Positions 63,606 through 64,000 of a DNA stretch of 64,000 nt are shown here, piece after piece (position 1 is the stretch's first letter; each line of letters begins with the position of its first letter). The DNA is from an uncultured delta proteobacterium (GTDB lineage: Bacteria > Myxococcota_A > Polyangia > Palsa-1104): contig CAWAWS010000007.1 of NCBI GenBank assembly GCA_963785725.1, forward strand, positions 832,001-896,000, written 5' to 3'. A program made the translations under genes and the position numbers. The notes beneath the pieces are model-generated. The model did not search any database. It was not told the origin of the DNA and was given only the letters and a program-made list of their open reading frames with translations.

Positions 63606-64000
63606 ATGACCTTCCTGAACCCGTCGCACGGTACCCCGCAGCACAACGTCCGCCGCATGAGCGGCGTCGCGGTCGGCGTCGTCACCAACAACGTCGACGA
63701 CAACAGCGGCTACCGCGTAAAGGTGCGCTTTCCGTGGCTGCCGAACGGCGGCGACCAGGGCGAAGAGAGCCATTGGTGCCGCATCGCCACGTTCATGGGC
63801 GGGCCCGATCGCGGCGCGTTTTGGCTGCCCGAAGTGAACGACGAGGTGTTGGTCGCGTTCAACCATGGTGATCTGGAGCACGGTTTCATCATCGGCGCGC
63901 TCTGGAACGGCAGCGACAAGGCGATCTACAGCAACAAAGACGCCAGCGGCAAAGTCACCGACGCCGCTTTCCAAGGCAAGAACGAAGCGAAGAAGAACGA
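63606..64000 (+). CDS. Phage baseplate assembly protein V / Gp5-OB spike protein (VgrG/eCIS type); truncated by the window end
   Basis: Manual translation: MTFLNP..GVAVGVVTNN..RVKVRFPWL..SHWCRIAT..RGAFWLPEVNDEVLVAFNHGD..IIGALWNG; GGAGG RBS. Confidence 0.88.
   Translation, partial: MTFLNPSHGTPQHNVRRMSGVAVGVVTNNVDDNSGYRVKVRFPWLPNGGDQGEESHWCRIATFMGGPDRGAFWLPEVNDEVLVAFNHGDLEHGFIIGALWNGSDKAIYSNKDASGKVTDAAFQGKNEAKKN

Overview
GC-rich bacterial chromosome segment, very probably Myxococcota (Polyangia-like). This rests on a MYXO-CTERM sorting signal, Cys-rich repeat lipoproteins, Ser/Thr kinases, the pilB-pilT-pilC-pilS order and kdd. In order, the window holds: an alpha-glucan/trehalose cluster (glgC, malQ, glgE, treS-pep2, glgB); an envelope cluster (GT4, DUF4398, OmpA with TSP3 repeats, TPR-Ig-barrel protein); a TetR/flavin monooxygenase pair; a type IV pilus motor operon with no adjacent pilR/pilA; a stand-alone MshEN c-di-GMP receptor upstream of a probable pseudokinase; and a tightly packed rpoZ / J-domain / cheW / mcp / cheR(STAS) / cheA / REC3-adenylate cyclase / cheB chemosensory operon. 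That operon has no CheY and appears to output cAMP directly, and it is the best candidate for an unusual system here. Further right are panD, Ku, an S53 peptidase, a Ser/Thr kinase plus secreted partner sharing a CsgG/TolB-like domain, and the start of a Gp5/baseplate-V spike gene. There are three related palindromic MITE/REP-like elements and one compound repeat. Six single-base insertions break four genes and look like long-read errors. No rRNA, tRNA or CRISPR was recognised. All calls come from motif reading by eye; no database searches were run.
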